Shown in pieces: positions 49,582-61,000 of a stretch of 64,000 nucleotides of DNA. A model generated the notes under the pieces. That model saw only the letters and a program-made list of their open reading frames with translations. It did no database searches and was not told the origin of the DNA. A program made the position numbers and the translations under genes. Origin of the DNA: a virus (lineage: Duplodnaviria > Caudoviricetes); IMG/VR virus record IMGVR_UViG_3300046167_000801. One strand, given 5' to 3'. Each line of letters starts with the position of its first letter. Within the stretch, counting starts at the first letter, position 1.

Positions 49582-52500
49582 ATGATGCAGAAACACAGAA
49601 TACGTACTGAAATAGGTAATAATCAAAAATTGACTGTAGAGTTAAAACAAGATTATGACTTATTAGAAATACTTTCACTCAAATTTAGTCAAAAAGATGC
49701 ATACACATCTCTTTGTGCTGATTATGGGGTTGTTTGTGGTAGGATCACTGCGAACCAAGGGTTTGGTGTTGCAAATGCAAGGGTCTCTATTTTTATACCC
49801 TTGGATGATGTTGATGAACAAGATCCTGTAGTATCTGCACTTTACCCATATAAATTAACACAGGACACAAATACAGACGGATACAAGTACAATCTTTTCC
49901 CAAAAAGAAAACAACATACAGGACATACTCCTACAGGTACATTTCCTGACCAAGAAGACATTCTAACAAGGGAGGAGGTACTATATGTTTATGAAAAATA
50001 TTATAAGTATACTGTAAAGACTAACGACGCTGGTGATTTTATGATATGGGGAGTTCCTGTTGGTAAACAAACAATACATGTAGATGTAGATTTATCAGAC
50101 ATGGGATGTCAGTCGTTAGTACCTTATGATTTTATTTATGAGGGAGTTTCTGAAGAAAAGTTTGAAAACAATTACTCATTTAGAAGTAGTTCCGATATTG
50201 GAAGTTTACCACAGACATTAACTTTTGAGGAAAGTTTAGAAGTTTATCCTTTTTGGGGTAACGAGGATTTATGTGAAATAGGAATTACAAGAACAGATTA
50301 TGATTTATCCGAACAAGGTATTAGAATAGAACCATACTCAATCATGATGGGAGGGACTTTCACTGATTCAGGAAAGGATTCGGTAAGAGTTAGGTGTAAT
50401 GTTGATAACCAAATGGGGGAAAAATGTGCACTCGTAACTGGTGAAGGTGATATCGAGGCAATTAGATTTTCTGGATATTATGAGGAAAATAATGATGGGA
50501 CACCAAATTTCGAAAGACCAATATTAGAGGCAATACAGTTGGATTCCCAAATAGATAAAGAAGGTAATTTCTTTTTTAGAGTACCCATGAATATGGGATA
50601 CAGAATTACAAATGAATTTGGTGAATTAGTGGAAACTAAAGATACCCAAAGGGGAATACCTACAAGAGGAACTTATAGATTTAGATTTTCGTTACAAAAT
50701 GATAATGGTCAGAAAAAACAATACAGGGGTAAGTATTTGGTACCACAAGTTAAAGAACATCAATTAAGTGGTGAGATTCATCCCAACGCGTACACATTCT
50801 CAGATAATTTAGATGATTACCCTTCCGATTCACATGATGATATTACGGGTATTAATAATAATGGGTTTGCAAATGACATGTTTTACTCTTTTAGATACAA
50901 TAGGGTTTATACGGTATCGTCATTTATTAACCAATACCATAATAAATCTTGGGGTGAACGAGTATTCCCGTTTTTTGCAAAAGATAGAAATGAATCCTTT
51001 ATCGGTATAAAAGAAATACAACCCTCCATTGAAGAAGATTGTTCGAATAATAACGAGTACTTCCCAATTACTGATGCGGTTAGAAATCACAAATTTAAGT
51101 TCCTAATCACAACGATCTTAAATTTTTTGGAAAGACTTTATTTAATTATTACTCAATTTGCATTTGATTTCATTGTTGAGTTCATATTTGATGTTTCTGA
51201 AATCCTTTACGACATTAAAATTCCTGTCGTTAAATACAGACCTTTCAAAAGTACCGCAAGAAGAATTTCCAGATTCGCACGACAAATTCAAATTGCCACA
51301 ATTAGAAATTTAGAATTAATTAATTATCCTGATTGTTATGAATGTTCAAAAGATCCACTAACGGGTAGTGACGGAACCCCTGGTGGAGATACATACGAGA
51401 TAGTTCTTATAAATGATGATGGGGACGAAATAGAATTCCCAACTGGTTCCACTAGTAGTTACCTAGAGTCGATTGTTAACGCTTCGGGTTTGACCGCGGT
51501 GAACAGTAATATAGTTACTAACCACCCATATGACCCAAATGACGGTACTTCAAGTGGTTCTCCCGATTATTTAGATTTAACTATAACAGGTGGACATCCT
51601 GATAAAAACTATATTATAAAATTTATTGTTGAACCAGAAGTTGGATATACTGATCCCAATACAGGAGAATACATAATTACATCACAGGCGGTATATTATT
51701 ATCTATTTATTGGATATGGATCTGATTCTCCGGTAAACGATTCAGTTACTGGAAGGTATGATGGTCTTTCGTACGAGATATTTACTGCCTACTATGATAG
51801 CAACAATACAGATATGAGTGGTTCCTTACCCGATGAATACCCGGGAACTGTATTATCCGCTGTTGGTCAATTTACCATCCACACCGTCTATTTCTATGGT
51901 GAAAAACAGGTAAATACGACTTCTAATGATTTAGCGGAATCCGGTTGTTCTAAATATGATACCATTTACGATCCTGATAATGACATGTCATTAAAGGCGT
52001 ATTTGAATAATGCTGGAGGGACAAATGATTACAATTATTGGGTTGGGGTTGGTTCACAAGGAAGTGCTTATCCCGACATCTTTATAGACACTGAAGATCC
52101 GTGTAACTATACCCCACCATCATTTGATATCGTGGCATCAATTAGTGCGTGGTATAAGGAAGCTGGTAAAACGGGTGATCCATATACCTCAAGAAGATGT
52201 AGGATAGCGGACGGACACGCACCAGATAGAGAAACAGGAATCCCTGCAGGTACTGCGTCAGGACATTCAGAATTTAGAGACGGTGTCTATACTTTAATTG
52301 CGGCTGCGGGTAAAAATAGAGCAATGATTCTAAACTACTCAAGAAGAAAATTACTCGGAAAACTTATGTGTGGGGGTATAACATCATACACATTTAGTAA
52401 TAGTTGGTTAAATGGGTCATTATACTTCTTCCAATTTAGAAGAAGAAAAGGGGGTAATAATGCAAAATATTGTAAAGATGTTATACATCGGGAAGTAGAC

Positions 52501-53466
52501 GACACTGGGGTACACTATTATTATAGATCAACACCATATGACGGTACTAATTTTATTGGTGGTAAAAATGAAGAAAATAGTCAGACTAACCCCGAAATAT
52601 TATTTCCAACAACAATTATGGATTTAGGGCCAAGAAACATGTTCATTAAGGAGATATGTGTAGACCCTGAATTAGATGTAAACTGTTCAGTATCTAAGAG
52701 TATTGGAAATACATCATACCAAGACATAAACGACCTAATGGAGTGGGTTATATCCTCTAAAGAGGTCAAAGAAAAGGGAAAACTAAAAGTACAAGATCTT
52801 TTTGATAAAAGGGGTAATGGATCAATGGACGGAGATATTGTTCAATTATTAAATTTCAACTCTCAACTTGGAATATACGGGTACGACGATGAGGACCAAG
52901 ATAGTCCCTACTTCCCTGTTAATGGGGCTGAGTATTTTGATGGTGTTGGACCACTAAGTTTAAACTTTCGTTTTTCTGAAGATGATCAAGATACTGAAAT
53001 TGTTGAAAAAGATGGTACGTTACTTAGAATATGTATAAACTCATCAGGTAATTTAACCGAAACAGCTCAGGATGTCCCATATTATAGGTGGGATAAAAAG
53101 GGTGACGGATTTGGTGGTGATGTAGCGACCGGTACCAATTCAAACGGTGAGACTACGTATAGTGTTACCGATTCAGAAACCCAAGATTGGTCGAGAAATA
53201 CCATATACTCAACCAAATATCAGGGAGGGTGGACCTTTCCCGGTTTAATGGAAATAGACCCATATAACGATGCCGGTGGGGATCCAACAGACGAGATAAA
53301 TAGTCATTACTATGATGGTAGTATTTTACCACCATTTCGTGAGTGTGCCGACGATAATTACATACCAGATGAAGTACCACTTGGTGGACCTTACCACTTT
53401 TACTTCGGTTTAAGAACTGGTAAAAGTTCTTGGAATAAATTTATTAAAAACTTCGGTCCGTTATGA
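49582..53466 (+). CDS. Large baseplate-associated structural protein with N-terminal prealbumin-like (carboxypeptidase-regulatory-like) domain
   Basis: YGVVCGRI..NQGFGVANARVSIFIP..TVKTNDAGDFMIWGVPVG; late motif at 49570; follows gp6. Confidence 0.55.
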   Translation: MMQKHRIRTEIGNNQKLTVELKQDYDLLEILSLKFSQKDAYTSLCADYGVVCGRITANQGFGVANARVSIFIPLDDVDEQDPVVSALYPYKLTQDTNTDGYKYNLFPKRKQHTGHTPTGTFPDQEDILTREEVLYVYEKYYKYTVKTNDAGDFMIWGVPVGKQTIHVDVDLSDMGCQSLVPYDFIYEGVSEEKFENNYSFRSSSDIGSLPQTLTFEESLEVYPFWGNEDLCEIGITRTDYDLSEQGIRIEPYSIMMGGTFTDSGKDSVRVRCNVDNQMGEKCALVTGEGDIEAIRFSGYYEENNDGTPNFERPILEAIQLDSQIDKEGNFFFRVPMNMGYRITNEFGELVETKDTQRGIPTRGTYRFRFSLQNDNGQKKQYRGKYLVPQVKEHQLSGEIHPNAYTFSDNLDDYPSDSHDDITGINNNGFANDMFYSFRYNRVYTVSSFINQYHNKSWGERVFPFFAKDRNESFIGIKEIQPSIEEDCSNNNEYFPITDAVRNHKFKFLITTILNFLERLYLIITQFAFDFIVEFIFDVSEILYDIKIPVVKYRPFKSTARRISRFARQIQIATIRNLELINYPDCYECSKDPLTGSDGTPGGDTYEIVLINDDGDEIEFPTGSTSSYLESIVNASGLTAVNSNIVTNHPYDPNDGTSSGSPDYLDLTITGGHPDKNYIIKFIVEPEVGYTDPNTGEYIITSQAVYYYLFIGYGSDSPVNDSVTGRYDGLSYEIFTAYYDSNNTDMSGSLPDEYPGTVLSAVGQFTIHTVYFYGEKQVNTTSNDLAESGCSKYDTIYDPDNDMSLKAYLNNAGGTNDYNYWVGVGSQGSAYPDIFIDTEDPCNYTPPSFDIVASISAWYKEAGKTGDPYTSRRCRIADGHAPDRETGIPAGTASGHSEFRDGVYTLIAAAGKNRAMILNYSRRKLLGKLMCGGITSYTFSNSWLNGSLYFFQFRRRKGGNNAKYCKDVIHREVDDTGVHYYYRSTPYDGTNFIGGKNEENSQTNPEILFPTTIMDLGPRNMFIKEICVDPELDVNCSVSKSIGNTSYQDINDLMEWVISSKEVKEKGKLKVQDLFDKRGNGSMDGDIVQLLNFNSQLGIYGYDDEDQDSPYFPVNGAEYFDGVGPLSLNFRFSEDDQDTEIVEKDGTLLRICINSSGNLTETAQDVPYYRWDKKGDGFGGDVATGTNSNGETTYSVTDSETQDWSRNTIYSTKYQGGWTFPGLMEIDPYNDAGGDPTDEINSHYYDGSILPPFRECADDNYIPDEVPLGGPYHFYFGLRTGKSSWNKFIKNFGPL

Positions 53467-55208
53467 TAAAAAAGAAAATTGTTGCACCAAGTAAACGTTA
53501 TAAAAAGGCGGAATCTGAAGATTTAACTTTAAGAATAAATTTTGAAGAGGATAAGAGTTTATTAAGGGAGGGTGATAAAAATATAGTTTTAGACATTGCA
53601 GAACTTTATAGAAAGGAACGTAATGAAAGTACCAAATATAGAATTTATGGTAAAATGAATATGGTGTTTAGAAACACATATAGCGGAACTACCACATACG
53701 ATCCTTTACGTAACAACCTTTATATTATAGGTGATGGTCTTGATGGTGATTTTACGGGACACTTACCATATAACGAATTTGCATTCATTAGAAACGATTA
53801 TGTTAGAGAAGTCTCCATTTCAACAGGTACTACAATGGGGACCTATGATCCCAATATATTTATAACAGGTGATACCACACATAGAGTGATAAATGAAATA
53901 GACTCTGCATCTACAAATTGGAATGTGTTTTTATCATATGTCTATGATAAAGACTCAACACACCAAATGAAGTATACTTTGTCGGGAAATACGGAGTATA
54001 GTTTTACAGCATCTAATGGAGTACCGTTTAGGATAACGGAGTATCCGAACTACTACGAACTTACAAGTCCAATACCACATAATATGAAACAGGGGGAATT
54101 CGTAATAGTTTCAGGAACTTCAATAAGTAGTGGTACCGAATTGGATAGAATATTCCCAATATCTTCAGTAGGTAATGAAATATTTGACTCTGAGAAATAT
54201 GTATTAATCATACAAAAGTCAGCACTATCTAATTCACAAACAATGAGTGGGGTGGTTTTCGGTAAAAGATGTATAGACAAATTAAGAATGTCGGGAACAA
54301 CATCTGAGTATTATGTTCATAAACACAAAATACTCACAAATACCGACGACTGTATAATAGATAGAACAGGTTTTGAAACACCTGTTTTTGAAATAGAAAG
54401 AAAATTACAGTTTGAAACCGCAGACAATAGAAATGATGTGTATACAGTACAGAATAGACCTGAAACGGTTCTATTTCATTTTAAAGATGAGATAGACATA
54501 AATGGTCTAATAAATAATTTAGGTTATACAATAACGGACCTTTATGTAACGAAAGTGTTTAAAAATGGTAATGGATATTTCCAATATCCCCCAAGACACG
54601 GTTATAAATTTCATTTTCATAATAATTGGGTGGATAATCATTTTGATACTTCATTTTCAGGGTCAGACTTAGGACTACAATCAACCAACTTTAGTAATAG
54701 TGGTTTTACATTTACAAAAGGTACTGAACTTCAGAGAGATGATGAGATATTAGGTGCATTTGTGGAATACAATAAAGAAGATTTTAAAGAAACTATATTG
54801 TCTGAGTCGTTTCATAAATACACAATTGATTTTAACATTTTTAATCACGGACAAATAGATCCAAGTGTCGGATCAACCGTAACAAATCCTTTAGGGTTAT
54901 ACTACCAACCTCACCAAAGGGTTAAATTAAGAGAATTATCACCATACGTGGAGACCGCAAATACGGATCAAATATATGGACTACCTGAGAACTCTGTTTA
55001 CGATGAATATAGGGTTTTATGGAAATGGAGAGATTTATATGACCATGGTTATATTGATCCCGATGGGTTTGGAACAAACCACCCATTTACAAATGGACAA
55101 CATTACGTCAAATCTGACATAAACTTTTACCTTAGAAATGAGGAGACCTTCATGAATAAAAGTGATGGTTTAACTAATTTCAGTGAGGATAACGATGGAA
55201 TATGTTAG
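53463..55208 (+). CDS. Hypothetical structural protein
   Basis: 581 aa; ATGA overlap with the upstream gene. Confidence 0.65.
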   Translation: MIKKKIVAPSKRYKKAESEDLTLRINFEEDKSLLREGDKNIVLDIAELYRKERNESTKYRIYGKMNMVFRNTYSGTTTYDPLRNNLYIIGDGLDGDFTGHLPYNEFAFIRNDYVREVSISTGTTMGTYDPNIFITGDTTHRVINEIDSASTNWNVFLSYVYDKDSTHQMKYTLSGNTEYSFTASNGVPFRITEYPNYYELTSPIPHNMKQGEFVIVSGTSISSGTELDRIFPISSVGNEIFDSEKYVLIIQKSALSNSQTMSGVVFGKRCIDKLRMSGTTSEYYVHKHKILTNTDDCIIDRTGFETPVFEIERKLQFETADNRNDVYTVQNRPETVLFHFKDEIDINGLINNLGYTITDLYVTKVFKNGNGYFQYPPRHGYKFHFHNNWVDNHFDTSFSGSDLGLQSTNFSNSGFTFTKGTELQRDDEILGAFVEYNKEDFKETILSESFHKYTIDFNIFNHGQIDPSVGSTVTNPLGLYYQPHQRVKLRELSPYVETANTDQIYGLPENSVYDEYRVLWKWRDLYDHGYIDPDGFGTNHPFTNGQHYVKSDINFYLRNEETFMNKSDGLTNFSEDNDGIC

Positions 55209-56162
55209 ATGAAAATTAGATTTAATCAAAATAATAAGAACTTATTAATCAATAAGGAACAAAACTTTAAAACTGATGCTGGGTGGGATGAGAATTTTCA
55301 GTCATATGAGGATGAGGTTTTAAAAGATATTATAAATCCTGTTGAGAACTACGAAACTAATAGGTATGTTCATAAACCTTACGTTTCTACAATAGGTCAA
55401 GCACCTGGTTCAGGAGACACGTCAGCTCCTGACGGTAGTAATGATTCCGCATTTTCAACATCATTATTTACAACTACTGTTAGTTCCGTAGAACAAACTG
55501 ATATATGGTTTTACTTTTATTTTAAAAACCCATCGAATGTCTACACATTAGATTATAAAAATGTAGGTATTACCCAAACAGATAAATTAATGGCTAACTT
55601 AAAATATAGTTTTTTTAGGTTAGAGTTTTATAAAACCCCCAATAACGAACCACCTAACAGATCTAATAGGAGATTGGTTTTTGCAAAAAATTTAGCACCC
55701 GCGGTTGGAGAAAGAGCAACCTTTGAAAATAAGTTTGAGAAAATGTATGTACCTGTATTTTTCGGTTCAAGTATGAGAAACAAAGAGAACATGTATCTTT
55801 TTTGGTTCCATGATGATACTGTTTTAGAAGAGACAGAACTTACGGGAACTACTTTCTTTATGACCGCAAAGTTCTACAATTCTTTTGATGGTAGTAAGGT
55901 ACCATTTGCAAATAAAGAAATAACAGACACTTCGAGCATTGTAGAAGAACAAGATCTATACTTCCAAGTAGAGATGGATAGGACCAACACACCCACATAC
56001 CATTACACTATTTCAGAATACAATGGAACTTCCCCATACACATCAAATCGAAAGGGTATGAGTGGAGACCCTATAAAGTTTTATGAAATACCGACAGTGG
56101 TTGATAGTGTTCCTCCACCAAATTCTTCAACACCTGACGACTCTAATACTTCAACTGATTAA
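55209..56162 (+). CDS. Hypothetical structural protein
   Basis: 317 aa; abuts both neighbours. Confidence 0.65.
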   Translation: MKIRFNQNNKNLLINKEQNFKTDAGWDENFQSYEDEVLKDIINPVENYETNRYVHKPYVSTIGQAPGSGDTSAPDGSNDSAFSTSLFTTTVSSVEQTDIWFYFYFKNPSNVYTLDYKNVGITQTDKLMANLKYSFFRLEFYKTPNNEPPNRSNRRLVFAKNLAPAVGERATFENKFEKMYVPVFFGSSMRNKENMYLFWFHDDTVLEETELTGTTFFMTAKFYNSFDGSKVPFANKEITDTSSIVEEQDLYFQVEMDRTNTPTYHYTISEYNGTSPYTSNRKGMSGDPIKFYEIPTVVDSVPPPNSSTPDDSNTSTD

Positions 56163-57083
56163 ATGATGAATAAGAATTATTATAAAATACTAAAATCAAT
56201 CACTGGTACAACATACCATTTACCAATATACTTGGACAGTAAAGGTTATGAGATGGGTGGAATGGTTGGATTCGAAGGAGATATTGAACAAGTTGAACAA
56301 ATAACGAACTTTAATTACCAACATACAGGTGGTAATACGATTAGATTATATAACTCAGTTAATAGGGATGCATTAAGAATAATTAAAAATGAAAATTTTT
56401 CTATTGATTGGGGTGATGGATCAGTAGATACCATTGGTGTTGGTCTTGGTAATAGTTTGGAATATAAACAACATACATTTCCTTCTTCAGGTACTTATAA
56501 TGTGTCTATTGGTTTAACTAATAATTGGACTCAGAAAAAAATAACAAAAAAAATTACAGTACCCGAAAACACAACAGTGAGTAACTCTAACGGATCTTTT
56601 GGACCATTTATATTACCGTATACTACGGGAGTTACTATCACCCAAGATTACATAAATGATTTAGATTATGTAGAAAAGGACTCAGACGGACCAATATATT
56701 TTGCGGCTAAGGGGAGAAGTAGGTTAAGTGAATTAAAGAGATATGGAGAAAGTACTTATCAAGGAACAACAGTAGGTACCGACGGTGTGGGTAGTTATAC
56801 GGGGTATACTATAGATAATTTATCATATAAGGATTATGATGACGGAATAACAACAATAACGGGAACAACAACAGATTTTCAAAAAGAAGAGGTCTTTAAT
56901 GAGATGTTAACGAGAAACGAACATTTCATTGGATTTATTGACGAACCAACCATTTTTTCCGACGTATTTGTTGAAAGAGGTAAACAAGGGGTTTTGGAAA
57001 TGAACCTCAGATTAGGAGAAATTGATAACGTAGGTGAAATTGATATCTACGGAAATGGATTTTTCCAAGTTAAAAAACAATAG
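56163..57083 (+). CDS. Structural protein with PKD-like Ig domain
   Basis: IDWGDGS...HTFPSSGTYNVSI is the PKD-domain signature. Confidence 0.6.
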   Translation: MMNKNYYKILKSITGTTYHLPIYLDSKGYEMGGMVGFEGDIEQVEQITNFNYQHTGGNTIRLYNSVNRDALRIIKNENFSIDWGDGSVDTIGVGLGNSLEYKQHTFPSSGTYNVSIGLTNNWTQKKITKKITVPENTTVSNSNGSFGPFILPYTTGVTITQDYINDLDYVEKDSDGPIYFAAKGRSRLSELKRYGESTYQGTTVGTDGVGSYTGYTIDNLSYKDYDDGITTITGTTTDFQKEEVFNEMLTRNEHFIGFIDEPTIFSDVFVERGKQGVLEMNLRLGEIDNVGEIDIYGNGFFQVKKQ

Positions 57084-57108
57084 AATAATATTTATTAATT
57101 AAAAGGAT

Positions 57109-58023
57109 ATGGCAGTAGGTAGTTATGGTACAGTTAGACCGGCAGATGTGTCACCAGCAGACGTAGAAATTTTCTATCATTACGTTTCGGGGAGAACATC
57201 CGACGCACCTGTACAATTTAAAAAATTAAATTCAGAAGATATATTAACACCTGTCTATCACAATTCAGATACGACGGACGCGGCTAACGCACCCGACGTA
57301 GAAATTTTAGGTGGGTTATATAATTTAAAGTTAGATACGGCGGACTTTGATGAGTTAGGTATATATACCTTACATCTTAGACCTAAACAGATAAGGACAT
57401 CTATAACTGATTGTGGGGTGTTAGCATCATTACCATCGGTAAGAGGAATTATTATAGATCTTAGTAATGTACCTGCCACAGATAGAAATAAGTTTAACCC
57501 TCAAGGGTTGGTTGGATACAGAGTTGAGTATTTGAATAGTGACGGAAGTAAAACCCCTAATTTTTATAGAGTTGTTACATCCTCATTCTACTGTACTCCT
57601 ATTACATCAAACCTGACGAGTACAACTCAAAAGGCGATAAGATACCAATACACAGACCAAGCAACTAATTTGTTGTTTTTAACGGTAACCCCGTCATCAG
57701 CACCATCAAATAGACCAAATACGGTACCTTTTATAGGGGAACCATCTCAAAATATAATTCTATCAAATACATTCTTTAACCCTACTACGGTTGAGGTTGA
57801 AATGGTAGAACATGACGAGACAACATTAGCATATGCATTCTATGGTAATCAGACTAAATCTATCTCTGATGGAATATATACAATCTATACCGCAGAAAAC
57901 AATATCTACAAACAATTTAACTTGTTTGAAGTAAGAGATGAGTTCAACGAAACACTTTTCGAAGTGAGAGAAGAGAGGGACGACATTGATGAAACTAAAA
58001 ACTTTGATGATATCACTGAATAA
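57109..58023 (+). CDS. Hypothetical structural protein
   Basis: 304 aa; TATTTAT at 57089; stop overlaps the next ATG. Confidence 0.65.
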   Translation: MAVGSYGTVRPADVSPADVEIFYHYVSGRTSDAPVQFKKLNSEDILTPVYHNSDTTDAANAPDVEILGGLYNLKLDTADFDELGIYTLHLRPKQIRTSITDCGVLASLPSVRGIIIDLSNVPATDRNKFNPQGLVGYRVEYLNSDGSKTPNFYRVVTSSFYCTPITSNLTSTTQKAIRYQYTDQATNLLFLTVTPSSAPSNRPNTVPFIGEPSQNIILSNTFFNPTTVEVEMVEHDETTLAYAFYGNQTKSISDGIYTIYTAENNIYKQFNLFEVRDEFNETLFEVREERDDIDETKNFDDITE

Positions 58024-61000
58024 TGGCGAAAAGAAAAGTTCCAAGTCAAGCTGCAAGCGGAAGGGATACCTTTAATGATAACTTAATCGGTAATCAAATT
58101 ACTGATGGGTCAAGTCAGCTGACTGCAACAAACTTTTCGATAGATAAGACGATACCACAAAGAGATACTAAAAGTTTCACATCTGTACCTTTCTCTGAGT
58201 TCTTAACGATAGATGATCTTAAAGAAGAAACTGAAGCACCTAAAACTAAATCTAATAGGTCAGTAAAGAAAGAGGGTAAGGTAAAATTTAGACAAAATAA
58301 AGACGCGGGTTCTAAGACATTATTTGGGTCTTTAAATAAGAGGTTATCCTCATCTGTCAATAATATAATAGAACAATTCCCTGCGGGATTTTATATTGAC
58401 AAGGATACTCCCATTTCATTTTCACAATATACCGCTGAAAATATCACATACGATATTAAGGCGAGAACAACCACTTTTAAGTTTGAGAAGTCAAAAATAT
58501 TCAACCCTTTAGACATTGTACTTGAAAAACCTTCAAGTAATGTAAGTCCTGAGGTTAGTAATGAGTTTAAAAACTTTTTTGAAAATTATTCCAAGTACTC
58601 CCTTATTATTGATGAGGTAGAGTATGAAATACTAACATATTCAAAGGCGGGTACTGACGGACTTATAACATTAAAGGTTAAGGGTAAACCGTTTAGTGGA
58701 TCGACATACAGTGAAAACTTCCTTATTAGACCTATCAGTAATACTGTAGAAGAATTCTTCGAAAGTTTAGATGATTTAGAAAAGTTAATATTAGATAGGG
58801 AATCTTCACCAAGGTATACTGCGGAGTTTAAATTACCAAAAGATTCTTTAGATGGTTCTAAAACAGAAACAGTAACCACTAAAATTACTTGGCCAGTCTT
58901 TAAAGACAATTGGAATATAAAGATAGGAGGTACAGAATATCTCTCATACCTTGAAAGTTTAAAATCGATTGGTGATGAGATTGATCAATATAAGTCTAAT
59001 TTAATTTCAAGATTCTTAACGACCGCATCTCTAAACGAGTTTGATACTGAAGACCAAAGAATGTCTTCAATGTTTCAGATCTACGGTAGTGGGTTTGATT
59101 CTGTTAAGAAATTTATAGACAACATAGCATACATGAGAAATGTAAGTTATGATAAAATCAATAACATCCCCGATGTACTATTAAAGAATTTATCAAATAC
59201 CTTAGGTTTAGATTCTGTAAATCTATTTGATGAGAAAACATTTGAAGATACACTATATTCAAGAATAGAAAGTCAATTCGAGGGTAACAACCTTGGAATG
59301 AATATGGTTGAGGCGGAGGCGGAATTCTATAGAAGGTTGGTCATCAATCTTGTAAGAATTTACAAATCAAAAGGTACAAGAAAATCAATTGAATTTTTCT
59401 TAAGATTTATTGGTGCACCTGAACCTCTAATTAAAATAAATGAGCACGTATACAAATATGATGATGTAAAGAAGTTGTCTTTAGATATTGATAACGACAT
59501 TTATGATTTAACTCAATTAGAAAAAACATTCACTGTTGGTCATATAGACCTTGAGGATAAAACATATTCTTTTATATACCAAGGAATAACAACCACGGGT
59601 ACCACAACATATCAAGTAGATGAGTATCCGATAGTATTGACGGGAACAACAAAGTATGGTGATACACAAAAGATTGTAAGTGAGAATAATGATGTGTTCT
59701 TCCAAAAAGGTGCGGGTTGGTATGAGATAAGTTTACAACATAGGTCATCAACGGAATTAGATACAGAAAATTCTAATTTGTTGTCTAACCCAAAAATTAT
59801 AAAAACAAAGAATAAAGATTTCACGTATGGTGAAGATTATTTTGATTTATATCGACAGTTTTATGGGTTAGATTATGGACACGAATTACACAATACCATA
59901 GACAACAATAAAACGGAGTTATTATCGGATACAGATTCAAAAACTTTAAATAGAAAAAATATACAAATTTATCTATCGTCCGCACAAGGTATTGATTATG
60001 ATGTATATAGAAAATCGAGAGATTTAGAGGTAAGTTTCGGATTAAAGACTTTAGAACCTCAAACAGGTTTCACATTTGCGGAGTACATGGATAACGTATT
60101 GAATGAACAAATACGTAACTCACACACTGTAAAATACCAAAAATCTTATATTCAATTAGAAGATGTTTATTGGGGGTATTTAGAAAAAGTCGGTACACCA
60201 TATAGTTTCCCAACAGTTAATGAGTTCATTAATAGAATGAGTCCTCATTGGGTGGAAATAATAGAACAGTTTGTACCTGCAACAACTTTATGGACTGGTG
60301 GTAATATCTTAGAAAATAGTCGTATTGGTAGGTCCAAACACGATTACCTAAAACCGTGTACTATTGAACAGGTTGAGGACAATTTATATCCTAAATTAGG
60401 TTTCGAACACTCTATAGAGGAAGATTTAGAAGTTTATTTTTTAGGTGACAAGGATTTATTCAGGGGGTTAACTGTTGTAAGTGGGGTCACTTACGTCCTA
60501 AAGATAGTTTTAATGGGAGAAGAATATACCGCGTCTTCTCCGATCACACTTACAGGAGGACAATTATTTGATCCATTTATTTCTACTTCTGAATGTACAA
60601 CTATTAATGATGTTATTTTTAGTGGTGGTGAGACTTTTGACGGGTCAAAACATTTACCATTACTCTGTGATTTTAAATGTAATCTAAACCCTGACAGAGA
60701 CGTATTGGATCCTTTATGGGTCAATGCGGTCAACAGTATATTCTCTCAAATAAATGAAAAATATTATACTAAAACAGCATATACTGGTTATGACACCATT
60801 AGTAACCACGCGGGTGGAGAAGGATATGAAAGAATCACAGGTAATACAGAAACAAGTGATGAAAATCAAAATATAGAAAATGGGTTTAATAATCAACTAT
60901 CAACTAACGGTGAAAACTATGGATATGAAAATGTACCTATAGTTTCTCACGAAATCTTTACTGATAGTGATGGTGTCCAAAAAATAAGAATTACACCGTT

